A stretch of DNA of 64,000 nucleotides from Eledone cirrhosa (lineage: Eukaryota), in contig OZ024742.1 of assembly GCA_964016885.1 (NCBI GenBank), forward strand, positions 257,734,001-257,798,000, given 5' to 3'. A program made the translations under genes and the position numbers. Shown in pieces: positions 1 to 11,528 of the stretch. Position 1 is the stretch's first letter. Every line of letters starts with the position of its first letter. The notes beneath the pieces were generated by a model, which was given only the letters and a program-made list of their open reading frames with translations, ran no database searches and was not told the DNA's origin.

Positions 1-650
1 GGCAAAACATTCAACTCTTTGTTCAATACAGATACGGACCAGAGTTTCTATATCACATTCCTCTTCCTCGGCTCCTTTCTTTGTAGTGACATCATTCCCT
101 GGCCCACACGACATGGGTGCAGAATATTTGCGGCTAGCTGCAGAATGCGACCACCTATACCGTAGCAAACTGCACTGACATATAGAAATATAACTCATAA
201 TAAACACCATCCAATTCCTGTGATCTCACAATTCACACACTGGCTCAGCATGATCACCACATCAGCTGCTGAAATCGATTTTTTTAAGAACTTTGCATCC
301 TTGACTGAGAGACCTGGCAGCCTGGTAAGATAACCATTTATGTCTTACGTCATAAATCAGCGACTCGACATAACAGGTTCGTTAAAGTGCTGCTGGGTAT
401 GGGCCTATATTTGCTTCGGAATTGATTGTACTAACACTTTTCGGTTCGTTAGAGACTGAATTGCAATGTTTTGCCACTGTTTGGTTTCAATATATCGGCC
501 CGTCGAACAACTGCGATGCTTTATATCTTAGTGCATGCAATCTTATATGGACAAATTATACCTCATTTTTCACATCAAACAAATGGTCGAGAGCCATTCA
601 TGCCACTTGATCATCAATTGCAATACATTCTCTGCTTTCTTCTATTTGCT
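1..650 (-). mobile_element. Possible highly decayed RTE-type LINE RT fragment
   Basis: Minus-strand translation gives only faint, frame-broken echoes of RTE RT motifs (FDVKN.., ..DIETLVRI). Weak support. Confidence 0.25.
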
Positions 651-666
651 GAAACTCAGTAATAAT

Positions 667-803
667 GATTTCTAGTATAGGCACAAGGCCAGTAATTTGG
701 GGAGAGGGGAAAGTCGATTAAATCGACCCCAGTGCGTTACTGGTATTTTATTTTACCGACCCCGTAAGGATGAAAGGCAACGTTAACCTCTACGTGATTT
801 GAA
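667..803 (-). mobile_element. tRNA-derived SINE (5'-truncated), main family
   Basis: Reverse complement carries the core gcctttcatccttacggggtcggtaaaataaaataccag and the 3' end ccttgtgcctatactagaaatc(att)n. Matches the full copy at 47712-47895. Confidence 0.85.
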
Positions 804-822
804 CACATACCATAATAATAAT

Positions 823-1000
823 GGTTTCTACTTTTGGCACAAGGCCAGTAATTACCCAGTACATTACTGGTACTTTATTTTATCGACCCCGTAAGGATGA
901 AAGGCAAAGTTAACCTCGGCGGGATTTGAACTCAGACTGTAAAGGGACGTAAATATGTTAGAAAGCATGGCGTTCAACCCTCTACTGATACTGCCAATCC
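823..1000 (-). mobile_element. tRNA-derived SINE, main family
   Basis: Reverse complement shows the head ggattggcagtatcagtagagg, B-box-like gagttcaaatccc, the central core and the 3' end ccttgtgccaaaagtagaaacc(att)n. Confidence 0.9.
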
Positions 1001-1005
1001 AATAA

Positions 1006-1900
1006 TACATTATTTTATTGGCGACAAGGTCCCAAGTTATTAGGAACGATAAAGAGACAGAGTGGAATTCACAAAAAACTAAAGGAGAGTTGAAAGTGCA
1101 GGTTTTAGAATAACAACAATTGTAATATCCATGATAACAATGAAAACAAAAAAAGCATATCATTAAAGACATTATCCCCACTAGCGCCTGTGTTTACGCT
1201 TTAGGTTACTTCGAGAGAGAACACAATACAGCGCACGGATTTTCTGTTGATTTACGTTTTTAGAAAGTGCTGTATTTAGCTTTCTCTCCTGCAGAGTCAA
1301 ATTAGGCCCATTCAGATATGTTAATTTCGCCAAACTTACCCAAGTATTATAGAACTTACTAGACATGACCGCCTGCTTCTCTACCCTCAACCTCCTCCCC
1401 AGTTGCAAATCAAGGAGTTGATGAGAACGCCGTGCAGCTGCTCCCTTCCAAAGGATGTTGGTGGTTTCATTTTCACTAAACCTGGCTTATAGCTATATCT
1501 GTCTTATATTTCATTACAGGTGTTCGATTCCCATAAACACAATTGAGCGGTCAGTGGGTGATACCATGCTTCACAGTACCGTTGCTACTGGGGTATCTCG
1601 ACTTCCGTGCTTGAAGAGCTTATATCGATCCGGTAGTCCCACACACGGAAATGATTTCTGGTCAATTTCCCTCCCAATCTAAACCTCCTGCCCATTAATC
1701 CGTTTAGAATGTTCTAGTCAGTGGCTGGAGCCACTCCCACTCTTTTGTCACACCTACCTTCCGCTAATCACCAAGACAAACCATGCCTTGTTTCCCAGTC
1801 ACCTATGCATTATTCAGCTGTTAAAGTGTTTTGGGCACCTGTTAAACCCCTATTTCAATATATAGCGAAATTACCAAATGAACATTCACATAGAAAAGTA
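1006..1900 (-). mobile_element. Old 3' fragment of a third Tx1-like family (family C)
   Basis: ORF 1181-1408 (QLGRRLRVEKQAVMSSKFYNTWVSLAKLTYLNGPNL) aligns by eye to the Tx1-A ORF2 C-terminus (HLKRKIRVEKEVLSSQHFVERWVREARMARVNGPTL). Upstream GLPDRYKLFKHG resembles ALPVRDKLYRHG. The 3' end ccttgtcgccaataaa resembles ccttgtggttaataaa. The 5' boundary is approximate. Confidence 0.7.
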
Positions 1901-2319
1901 TAAACTCTACATTTTCTAATTGATTCTAACTGTAAATTTGTTTTAGAACAATAAACACTATATTGCCATTGTTGAAATTTCTCATCAGATAACATTTCTT
2001 TATTTGTGCATTATTCATTTAAATTAATGGTGCATAAATACTTCCTTTTATATTACATTAACTATCATTTTTTATATCCTGTATTATGGTCCTCCCGTGC
2101 GCCATTTTTTTCCTTTTCTATTCAATGTATTATATTTATATGGGTGTTTTATATGTTTTTAGTTGATTTATCTTTCACCCCACCGCACAAGACTAAACAT
2201 GTGTACACACACTTCAACATGCATCGTTACTTCTGCTGCGTACGTCTTTGGGTTTTCTTTCGGGTGGCATGTTTCAGATATTTGCTATTTAAACAAAGCT
2301 CAGAGCGAAAAAAAATGAT

Positions 2320-2381
<62 letters not shown>

Positions 2382-2435
2382 CGTGTGTGTATGTGTGTGT
2401 GTGTGTGTAATATATATATATATATATATATATAG

Positions 2436-2614
2436 TAAGTTATTCCGGGTTGAATAAGTAAGGTACTCAATACATAGCAGAGTATAACAGTTTTAATATA
2501 GATGAGATTCTACAGGACTAGAACTGTTTCATTCTTTAGAAATCATCAGGAATCTGATGATTTCTAAAGAATGAAACAGTTCTAGTCTTGTAGAATCTCA
2601 TCTATATTAAAACT
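2436..2614. repeat. Fold-back Penelope-like pseudo-LTR remnant with a hammerhead-like core on both arms
   Basis: Near-perfect palindrome 2489-2614 between (TA)n runs. Each arm reads CTGATGA-tttctaaagaat-GAAAC..GTC outward from the apex (~2551). Confidence 0.65.
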
Positions 2615-2642
2615 ATATATATATATATATATATATATAGAT

Positions 2643-2830
2643 ATTATTATTATGTAATAAACAACATAAGGCAATTATTCCATTTACCAGTGGTTTCTTA
2701 AAGAAACCACTGGTAAAGTGAATAATTGCCTTATGTTGTTTATTACATAATAATAATAATTAAGCTCTGTTGCTTACATAGAGCACTCTTTTTTCCTGGA
2801 CTTTTCCGATGGAATTACTTCATTCACACA
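2643..2830. repeat. Fold-back pseudo-LTR-like remnant in (TA)n
   Basis: Palindrome 2643-2760 with apex at ~2699. The arm begins GAAACCACTGGTA (hammerhead 3' half). A gagcactc motif follows, as in other remnants. Confidence 0.55.
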
Positions 2831-3254
2831 TATATATATAGATAGATAGATATATATATATAATAAATAACTATGAGATTGTTTATTCTAAATTTAGTAA
2901 CAGTGATTTTACGTCAGAAACTGAGAAACGAAGCATGACATGTGTGATTGAAAATGAAATAAATAGAAAGCAATATATGAACGCAGTGCCAAATGCCTAA
3001 TTTGATAATTTACCATTTTTCTTGGTTTTCTTGCTAATATATGCTTTAGGTATAGTTGTTATTTATTTTTTGCTTTCTATATATTTTTTGATATATTTAT
3101 TTATATATTTATATATCTATTAATCTATTAATTTATTTATTATTTCATTATTGTTTTATAATTCTAATTTTTTTCTTCCTGCTATGGCAGTATCCTCCGA
3201 AGCTGGTTGCTTGCTTACATCACTTGTCTAATGATTCCGTGCATATCTCATCTA

Positions 3255-3345
<91 letters not shown>

Positions 3346-3999
3346 CTGTGTGTGTGTGTGTGTGTCAGTCTGTTTTTGATTATATGTGTGCCTCTACGCT
3401 TATGTGTGTAATTGAGCGTAGTTGTATGCGAGTGTAATTATTATCATCGGAGTTTTGTTTATATTTAATATAAATTTGAGTATGTGCATTTGTGTTTATA
3501 TGTGTATATGTATTTTCTATTTAGTTTATTACGCATTCATTTATTTTTTCTAACATCTCAACTTTCCAGTCATTTTTACCTTATACTCTTACATATCGCG
3601 TTTTGATATTTTCCGTCTTGTTTTTTTTTGTTATTTCTTCAACATACTTAATATTTCATAAGAAACTGCCTTGTACCCCTTCCAACACACCCATTCTCTA
3701 TGCAACTCATGTCAATTTATCTGTGTTGCTATCTTTATATTTCTCTCTTTCTTTCTAATTCTTCACCTAATATTCCCTTTCCATTCCACCTTCTTATAGA
3801 CACCCACCCCTTCTCGAATTATCTCTATTTAAATATAAAGAAAACTAAGTATAAACGAAAAGAAAATTCAACCAAATTCTGATGAAATTATCAAGGCATA
3901 TGTGAATAGCTGCGCATAAAAAATATAATTCAAAAGTTATCTTTTTTTTTTTTCAAAAAGACTTAAACATTTCCGATAATCAATGAACTGAAATCAACA

Positions 4000-4021
4000 G
4001 CTGCTGCTGCTACTGCTGTTG

Positions 4022-4113
<92 letters not shown>

Positions 4114-4128
4114 CTGCTACTATTACTA
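4000..4128 (+). repeat. (CTG)n/(CTA)n compound microsatellite
   Basis: Direct reading. Confidence 0.95.
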
Positions 4129-4143
4129 AATCGATAATAATAA

Positions 4144-4330
4144 TGGTTTCTAATTTAGACACAAGACTAGTAATTTAGGGGAAGTTAAAGTCAATTATAT
4201 CGATTCAAGTGCTTGATTGGTATTTTATATTATCGACCCCGTATGGTAGAAAGACTAATAGAGCTCGGCAGGATCTGAAATCAGGATTGAAAGAGACGTA
4301 TCAATCTACCGTAATGTATTGTCTTCCCAA
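4144..4330 (-). mobile_element. Diverged SINE copy, main family
   Basis: tcgaccccgta core and 3' end tcttgtgtctaaattagaaacc(att)n on the reverse strand. Confidence 0.75.
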
Positions 4331-5176
4331 ACTATATATTCTTGTTATCTCACACCCCATTTTATAAGATATGTACGTGGAAATAAATGAAGCAACTGAA
4401 GATATGTTTTAAAATGATTAATATAATTATTAATATAATTATGTAAAGAATTAAGAAAAACAAACATATTTCATCCGTCAAGATGAAATCAGAATATCTC
4501 ACAATACTCACTATTATCTGAAATTATTTCTGTACATCTACATATCAATCCGCTATGTTACTTAGAAAATCCATCTAGTTGTGTAATTTTCGTTTTAGAA
4601 CCTCCCGTTTAATATATTTGTGGTTGTGGGCGATACAGGATCTAGGTGATAACACCTCACATCTTCTATCAAATCTTCATTGATTATGCGAAGAGCAAGC
4701 AGGAAGGTGTAGATTTAACGGTAAGGAAATTAACTACTCACATAAGATTAATTCCTCGTAGATGGTACAAAATATCCATTCACTTATTTCAATCTCCTTT
4801 TGTTGTTATGGTTTAATTTAATTATTTGATTTTTGTAGATACCTCTATTAGTCCCAATGCAACGGTTTCCACGTCCTTCATCCTTCTCTCATCACAAAGT
4901 TACGGAAACGTGCAGTGTATTTACTAAGATCGAAACACTATCCGATTATTCCCCATTATCATATCAAAATATACTCTGGCATGATTAAATTATGGAGTTT
5001 GATTTTCAACTATACTGATCAGGGTTCAGTCCCGCTTACCTGTAGATGTGCAAGTGTCCTCTCTCCTAAAACCATCGGTTGACTAATGCCTTCTGAGCGG
5101 AGTTCCGTAAGGGATATCTACAGAAATGCAACGTATAACTACCTACATACCTACATACATAATATATACATACAAT

Positions 5177-5685
5177 ATGGCTGCCCCCTCGTTATCGAGT
5201 ATGGCCATTGCATTATTAATTAATTCTATCGTGTAATGTCTGTGCCTGAAGATATTTTTTAAAGTGAGGAAAGTCTGTGCACTGAGCCTATCCCACTCTC
5301 TGGGCGACAGTAGATATAAGCCGAAAAGAAGAAAACATCAACATCATCGGTAACTACTGATCCGTAGGTTTATATCTGAGTTATCCCAATTTCCTGAGTT
5401 GCCTTCTCCTAGAAGAATGCCCTGACAAAGACTAGTGGTCGTTCACTCCCAGTGGTTTAACCGCGCAGTACATTTGTATATACATATCTACACACTTTCG
5501 GATGGCCGTTGACTCTTATGAGTTCTTCCGCCCTTTGTCAGGTTTTGTTTTTTGTCTGCAGGTTGTCCAAAATCACCCTCCTCATAAAGTAAACTTTGTG
5601 GGGTTGCCAGTTTAATCACCAACGACCTGACCATGCGACAGTTTGTACTGGGTTACGTGTTACTAGTAGCACTCAAGAGTGACGC
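5177..5685 (-). mobile_element. RTE-derived non-autonomous repeat (5'UTR-like)
   Basis: Repeated at 6165-6510. The reverse strand carries ctaggagaaggcaactc and agagagtggg..cctcactttaaa motifs, recalled as typical of RTE 5' regions. Confidence 0.55.
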
Positions 5686-5717
5686 GACATATACATGCAT
5701 AAATATATACATACATA

Positions 5718-6145
5718 GGGAATATCTATGCAGTACTAATGAGAACACTGCAGACACTCCACACTAATTATACTTTCAGATGTATACCTCTGATTATTGG
5801 GGCACTGGGCTATATTAGTAACTGCCTCAGTATAAATCTTGAGAAGCTGGGCTTCACAGAAACAGAGAGAACACGACTACTTAGAAAATTACAAGTACAA
5901 TCCATTAATGGAACAGTAAAGGTATGTAAAATATTCCAAGACTTTTGCATCTAATATCTCCAAATACACATCCACACATACAATATTAACCATACCTACA
6001 CACAGATGCATGCATTCGGACATAAATACATGTCTACCTAGTTGAGGTTGTATAATTTCCAATGGGTGAGTCTTGTATCTATGTTGGAAACCAACGCTCT
6101 TTCTATTGGTTAAAAAATGGGAAATTATAAAGCAAACAGGACATA
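5718..6145 (+). mobile_element. 5'-truncated RLE-type non-LTR element (3' end) in (CATA)n
   Basis: ORF 5739-5954 (YTFRCIPLIIGALGY..LQVQSINGTVKVCK) is the C-terminal tail of a restriction-like endonuclease domain. The 3'UTR is related to 21750-21880. Flanked by catacata repeats. Confidence 0.7.
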
Positions 6146-6164
6146 CATAGATACACACATACAT

Positions 6165-6510
6165 GATGGCTGTCCCTTCATCATCGAGTATGGCAATTGC
6201 ATGATATAACATTATTAATAATTATCAATTAAGCTATCGTGCAATGCCTGCGCGTGAAGATTTTTGTAAAGTGAGGATAGAGTGAGACCGTGCACTGAGC
6301 AAGACCCACTCTCTGAGCGACAGCAGCTATAACCCGAAAAGAAGAATATCATCGGTAACTATTCAGCCGCATGTTTTATGTTGGAGTTATGCCAGTTTCC
6401 TGAGTTGCCCTCTCCTAAAGAATGCCCTGACAAGTGCTAGCGGTCCTTCACTTTTAGTGGTATAACCACCCGATCGGGCACTTAGCCCGATTATTTCTAT
6501 GTCACCGCGC
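6165..6510 (-). mobile_element. Second copy of the RTE-derived repeat
   Basis: Colinear with 5177-5470 (ggctg.ccc.tc.t.atcgagtatgg..attgca ... gccctgacaa). Confidence 0.7.
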
Positions 6511-6534
6511 ATATATAGACATATGTATACATAC

Positions 6535-6790
6535 ATATGGTAGCAGCAAACTCTGTTAAGAGTATTGCAATCGCTTGTCAGCTTATAGAGTTTGGTGCAC
6601 TTTTAGGCCACCGCTAGCCATACAAATCTGTAGCATATCCTGAACAAGCAATGCCTGTGCTTTGAAGGTTTTTAAGTGGGGAAATGCCTTGCAGTCGACC
6701 AATCCCTCTCTCTGAGCATCGAAAACACTACCCGAAACGGAGAACTAGTCAAAATCATCGGATGCTTACTAAGCCGGAGGATTTTTTTCA
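6535..6790 (-). mobile_element. Related RTE-derived bipartite repeat
   Basis: Shares the tgcctgtgc..gaag..tttaagtg.ggaaa..ctctct block. The reverse strand near 6590-6640 resembles an RTE C-terminal motif (..MASGGLKVH). Confidence 0.4.
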
Positions 6791-6857
6791 GATGCATACA
6801 TTATGGCTGCCCCCTCATTATCGAGTATGGCCATTGCACGAAAGAAAAAAAAAAATT

Positions 6858-7046
6858 GTTTCTACTTTTGGCACAATGCCAGCAATTATAACAGTGTATT
6901 ACTGGTACTTTATTTTATCTCGACCCCGTAAGGATGAAAGGCAAAGTTAACCTTGGCGGGATTTGAACTCAGACCATAAAGGGTTGTAACACTTTGCTGC
7001 AAAGCATGGCGTCAAACCCTCTGCCGATTCTGCCAATCCACCGCCT
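6858..7046 (-). mobile_element. Full-length SINE, main family
   Basis: Reverse complement runs from ggcggtggattggcagaatc to gtagaaac. The head abuts the (AAT)n tract. Confidence 0.9.
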
Positions 7047-7056
7047 TATAATAATA

Positions 7057-7090
<34 letters not shown>

Positions 7091-7120
7091 GACAGTAATA
7101 ATACCAACAATAATAATAAT

Positions 7121-10100
7121 GATTTCTTTATTAACCACAAGGGTTTACATAAAGTAAATATTAAGGACAGTACAAGACAATACAGGACGGTACAAATGGG
7201 CATTTCTGCGACAACACTACGGTGACATCGTCCGCCTATGCTGACGCGGATCTTCCGCATCCTAGTTCGCGCGGGACGCCCCTCAACGTCTCCAGTTCGT
7301 GCAGTAATGGCTCGAGAGTCAATACGTACAAGATGGACGAGAGGGGACATCCTTTGCGGACCAAGCGCATATTGTTGAACGGTTCCGAAAGGTGACCGTT
7401 CACTCTCACCATAGAGAATATGTCGCTGTGCATGGCAGCGATCCAGCCTCTGAAGACGGGCCCAAAGCCAGCCGCCTTTACGACTGCCGCTAGGTAACGA
7501 TGGGCGACCCTATCGAGAGCTTTCGACTGATCTAAACTGATCAAGGACCCACCCGTGCCAAGTTCCCTAGCTAACCTCTCTACGATGTATCGCATGAGGT
7601 GGATGTTGTCGTGGATGAATCTGTCGGGAATGGCGCATGTCTGCGCCTCTCACACCAGTCCACCAACGACAAGCACCAACCTCTTTGCTAGCACCTTGGA
7701 CAAAATCTTGAACTCTGTGTTTATTAGAGTTATGGGCCTGAAATTGTCTATGTTATGCCCCTTGTTCGGATCCTTTCTCAGAAGCGCCACCGCTCCTCGG
7801 CTCACAGAGCTGGGAATTCTCCCGTTCTGTTGCCAGTTGCAGTAGACGTAGGCCAAGAGGCCTCCGAACAAGTTTGGTATCTGTACGTAAAGTTCATAGG
7901 GCAGACCATCCAAACCAGGCGATTTACCCCTTGTGCAGCCTGTCATTGTCTCCCTTACTTCAGGGGCTGTTATCAGCTTTTCGCAACACTCCGCCTCAGT
8001 GGCCGAGAGCCGCGGCAGTCCGTCGAGGTAGACACTAAAGTCCATCCCAGATGCGGCCCGCTGCTGCCCCCGAACAGCTGAGCGCAGTGTCGCTGAAAAG
8101 CTTTATACATTTGCCTGGGATCGAGTAGCATGCGCCCGTCGTGATCCATCAAAGACCTCATCGTGGCTTTGTTGCTACGACGCGCCTCCGCCACTCAGGC
8201 AATTTGAACGGCTTTCGTCCCCCCGTGTCTGAGAGCACGCACCCTAGCTCTGACAACGCAGCCTTCGTCCTTTGCATTGAAGAATTGGTCAAGGGCCAAT
8301 TTCGCCGCAAGTAAGTCGGTCGCGATGCCTTTGCTAAGCGCCTCGTCTAATTTTCTAACTAGTTCTCCCTCTGCTCTATTTTTTCTCTATAGCTAAAGCC
8401 TTACTAAACCTAATGGACTCTATTCTAATCGCTCTTTCCAGAGCAAACCACCAGTTGTTGTTGGCGATGGACCCCGTCAACGCTCGCTTAACTAGTTCGC
8501 TAATCCTGTCTCTGTATGCCATGCGCGCTGGCAAGGACGCGTTTAGCTTCAAGTAGCCGGGTCCTCGTCTATGAAGCCTATCAGGCACACAGAAGCCTAA
8601 GTGAAGCACACAGATCATGAATTTGTGTTCCGTGTAGCTGACTATCTTGAATTGTGGACAGCCTATGCTAGACCTATCTATTTCCCTACAAAGTACTCTA
8701 ACTAGATATGATCTGGATGACCCGATGCGGTTTGTCCAAGTCCACATTGGAACATTCGGGAAATCCAATCGGTACCTGTCAGACAGTTCAAAACGCCTGA
8801 GACTAACACTAAAGAGCGGGACGTTCCTAGAAAGGCCTCCAGACGCCGGAAGAGATCAGGCCGCCCTGCTCCTGTTGGGGCATAGACGGCCACTAGCCTG
8901 AAAGCTTTACCGTCTCCGCTGGTCACGTCCAGCACCACGAACTTACCTTCTGGGTCCAGGAAGAAGACCCGTATGGCGAGATCCAAACCTCTCCGAAAAA
9001 CCATAGCAACTCCTCCCTCCGATCCAAGACGGCTGGGAGATGCGTACACATCGTAGCCGCCGAAGATCGGTTTGAAGGCCGATGCTTCGGAGATTCTGGT
9101 CTCGCTGATAGCCACTACATCTATGTTTAGTGATCTGCGGTCGTTGAGCATGTGGACCTGCTTCCATGACGACCCCAAGCCACGCGCATTTATGCTGCCT
9201 ATTCTGAGTGAGGTCAGGTTGAAATGGAGTGGAAAAGATGGGAAAGACCACTTACCTTACTTCTCGTAGAGGAAGGATGGTTTCTCCATCCTTTTCACTT
9301 GAACGTCTGGTGAAGGGACCGTTGAATCGTCCCTTCGGCTGGGCGTCGGCTCTTCTGTGAGTATATTCGAATATACTCTCCTGTCGAGTGTCCCTCCTAG
9401 GTCTGTGAAATCACCCACTGCGTTGGGGAATTTCATTTTAATGTTTGTGTATTGTTTCTGTGCTATTCTTACCAGTCTTATGTTGGTTGGTGATTTGATT
9501 GATGCTGGTATTATGTAGTCGTGCTGTGAGATGTCTGTGAGTTCAGTTATGTAAGTCATTAGTTTCTTGTGTGTATTTATTGCTGTGCATTTCTTTTTCT
9601 GGGGGTGGGGTGTGTTTCTGCTATTTTCTTGTCGTTGTTGCTGGGTTTGTGGTTTTTGTTGTTGTGTTTGCAATGTTGGTGCTTGTGGTGGTGGTGTTGA
9701 AGGTATTGTTGTTGTTGGCGGTGGGGTTGCCGCCGGTGTTGATGATGGTGTTAGTGTGGGTGGTGATGGAGTTGGTGGTGTTGCTGCTGTAAGTCTCTTT
9801 GCAGGAGCCTTTACCCTTGTTTCATTTCTTCCCTCCCTTTTCGAAGGCGTGTTTTTGTGTTTGTGCTTCTGTGTTTGTGCCTTCTTTCGACCTTTTGCCA
9901 TCCATCATCCCTCTCCATGTACGATTCTGTGAGGTTGGGGTGGGGTACGAGCTCGGCTCTTTCACTTGCTCTTGTTGGTGATGTTTGCAGTGGAGTCTCT
10001 GTTGCAGCTGCAGTTGGTATTACTGTTGTTGTTGTTAATACTTCCTCTGCTGCTGCTGTTCTTGATTTCCGTGGCGTGGGTATGGGTGCCACGAACCTAT

Positions 10101-11513
10101 CCTTCCTGCTTGCCGCCTGTCCTGTTGCTGGTAGCAGTGGAGCCGGTTTCGGAAGGAGGGGGGTTTTCTCCTTTCTCAGGCCCTGAGGTGAGTCTTCGAC
10201 CCACAGCAAAAGTATTTCGGGCGTTTTCCCTCAACACTTATGGGAAGTTGAGTGCCGTTATCGAAGTCTATCACATCTGGGATAGCTTCGATGCACTCCT
10301 GGTTGGTTTGAATTAACATCTCAATGGAGGTGCTGACCCAATCTTCTCTTACTTTTTTCTGTACTTGCAGTACAGTTGTTTTGTCCTCGATTCTGACGAG
10401 GACAGACACGGCCAACCAAGAAAGGGCCATCCCGAGGGGGACGTGGGTCAGTTTGACCCTCACAATTGTTTGCCCGCAGTAGGAGGGCACCAACACCATT
10501 TCCTCGCTCCTTAGGGTCACTAATGATTGTGCCTTTGCCTCGTGTGGTGTGGCAAAAAGCACGTCCACGGTGGCATATTTCCATCGAGTGGTTTGAGTTT
10601 TCCGCTGCCACACAGACCCTAAGAATTTTTGTATTTGAGCCTCTGTGGCTCTTTCAACACTACGTGATTTTGTGCTTACTGTACATTACGTGACCGTACA
10701 GTGCTGTTCGGTTTCGAAAGATGTTTCGGCTGCCTTGCAGATTGCTTGGTGTCCAGTTTTCGTCTCCATCTTCTTTGCTTCCTGTAATTCCTCATTTGTT
10801 ATAACGATGGTATCCATGTTCTTTGCGATACCTGCAAACGAGATTGGTTTTTCTTTCTTGTTGTCGTTGTTGTAGTCAGAGCTGCTGTTACTTTTGTGGT
10901 TGCTGCAGGTACTACGACCGCCGCCGCCGCTGTTGCTGTGGTTGTTGTTGTTGTTGCTGCTGTTGTTGTTGCTGTTGCTGCTGCTGCTGTTATTACGGCT
11001 GCTGCTGCTATTCTTCATGACGTCAGACGAATGAATTGGCTTTCCCTATTTACCGCACACATTTTTCGTCGTTGTCGTCGTCGTGGAGAAATGTTCCACG
11101 GTATGCACGTTATCTTGGTGAAAGCTACCAGAAACTATATTTTTCTTTTTCTTCAATGGCGTCGCTTGCGAAAGAGGCGACACCACATTTAGAGAAGGGA
11201 GGAACAGAGACAATCTTCTCTCTGATGTAATGACGATTGAGGAAGAAGAAGACGGAAAGAGTGGGAGTGACTTGTGAACATTATTTTTTGTAGCCATGTT
11301 TTTTTTACGGTTTACAATGAATATTGGGCACACAACCCCAACAAGCGGTTATTTAACCCCGTAGGGCCAAATAATGGGTAAAAAGACCCCTCTCAAGAGG
11401 AGGAGAGTGTTTTTATCTACAACTTGGTTCAAGTTGTAAACAATTTACAATTGTTATAGCGGTTAAAAATTACTATACCTTACAGAGCCGAGCCTCCGTC
11501 AACCATGGCATTC
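7121..11513 (-). mobile_element. Tx1-clade LINE family A, copy 1 (5'-intact, internally deleted, diverged subfamily)
   Basis: Same termini as copies 2 and 3 (gaatgccatggttgacgg ... ggttaataaagaaatc). ORF1 and APE/RT fragments up to YADD. About 1.5 kb deleted after YADD (junction ~7210) and about 90 bp deleted in APE, removing GDWN (~8801). Flanked by (ATT)n on both sides. Confidence 0.95.
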
Positions 11514-11528
11514 AATAATAATAATAAT

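Noticed and set aside
2006-3437. ORFs with YIYIYI, VCVC or ERER runs, here and throughout the window
   Set aside because: Translations of (TA)n, (TG)n and (GA)n microsatellites.
7205-8805. Internal deletions of Tx1 copy 1 as spliced-out introns
   Set aside because: The boundaries are not GT..AG. The large deletion has a 2-nt CG microhomology.
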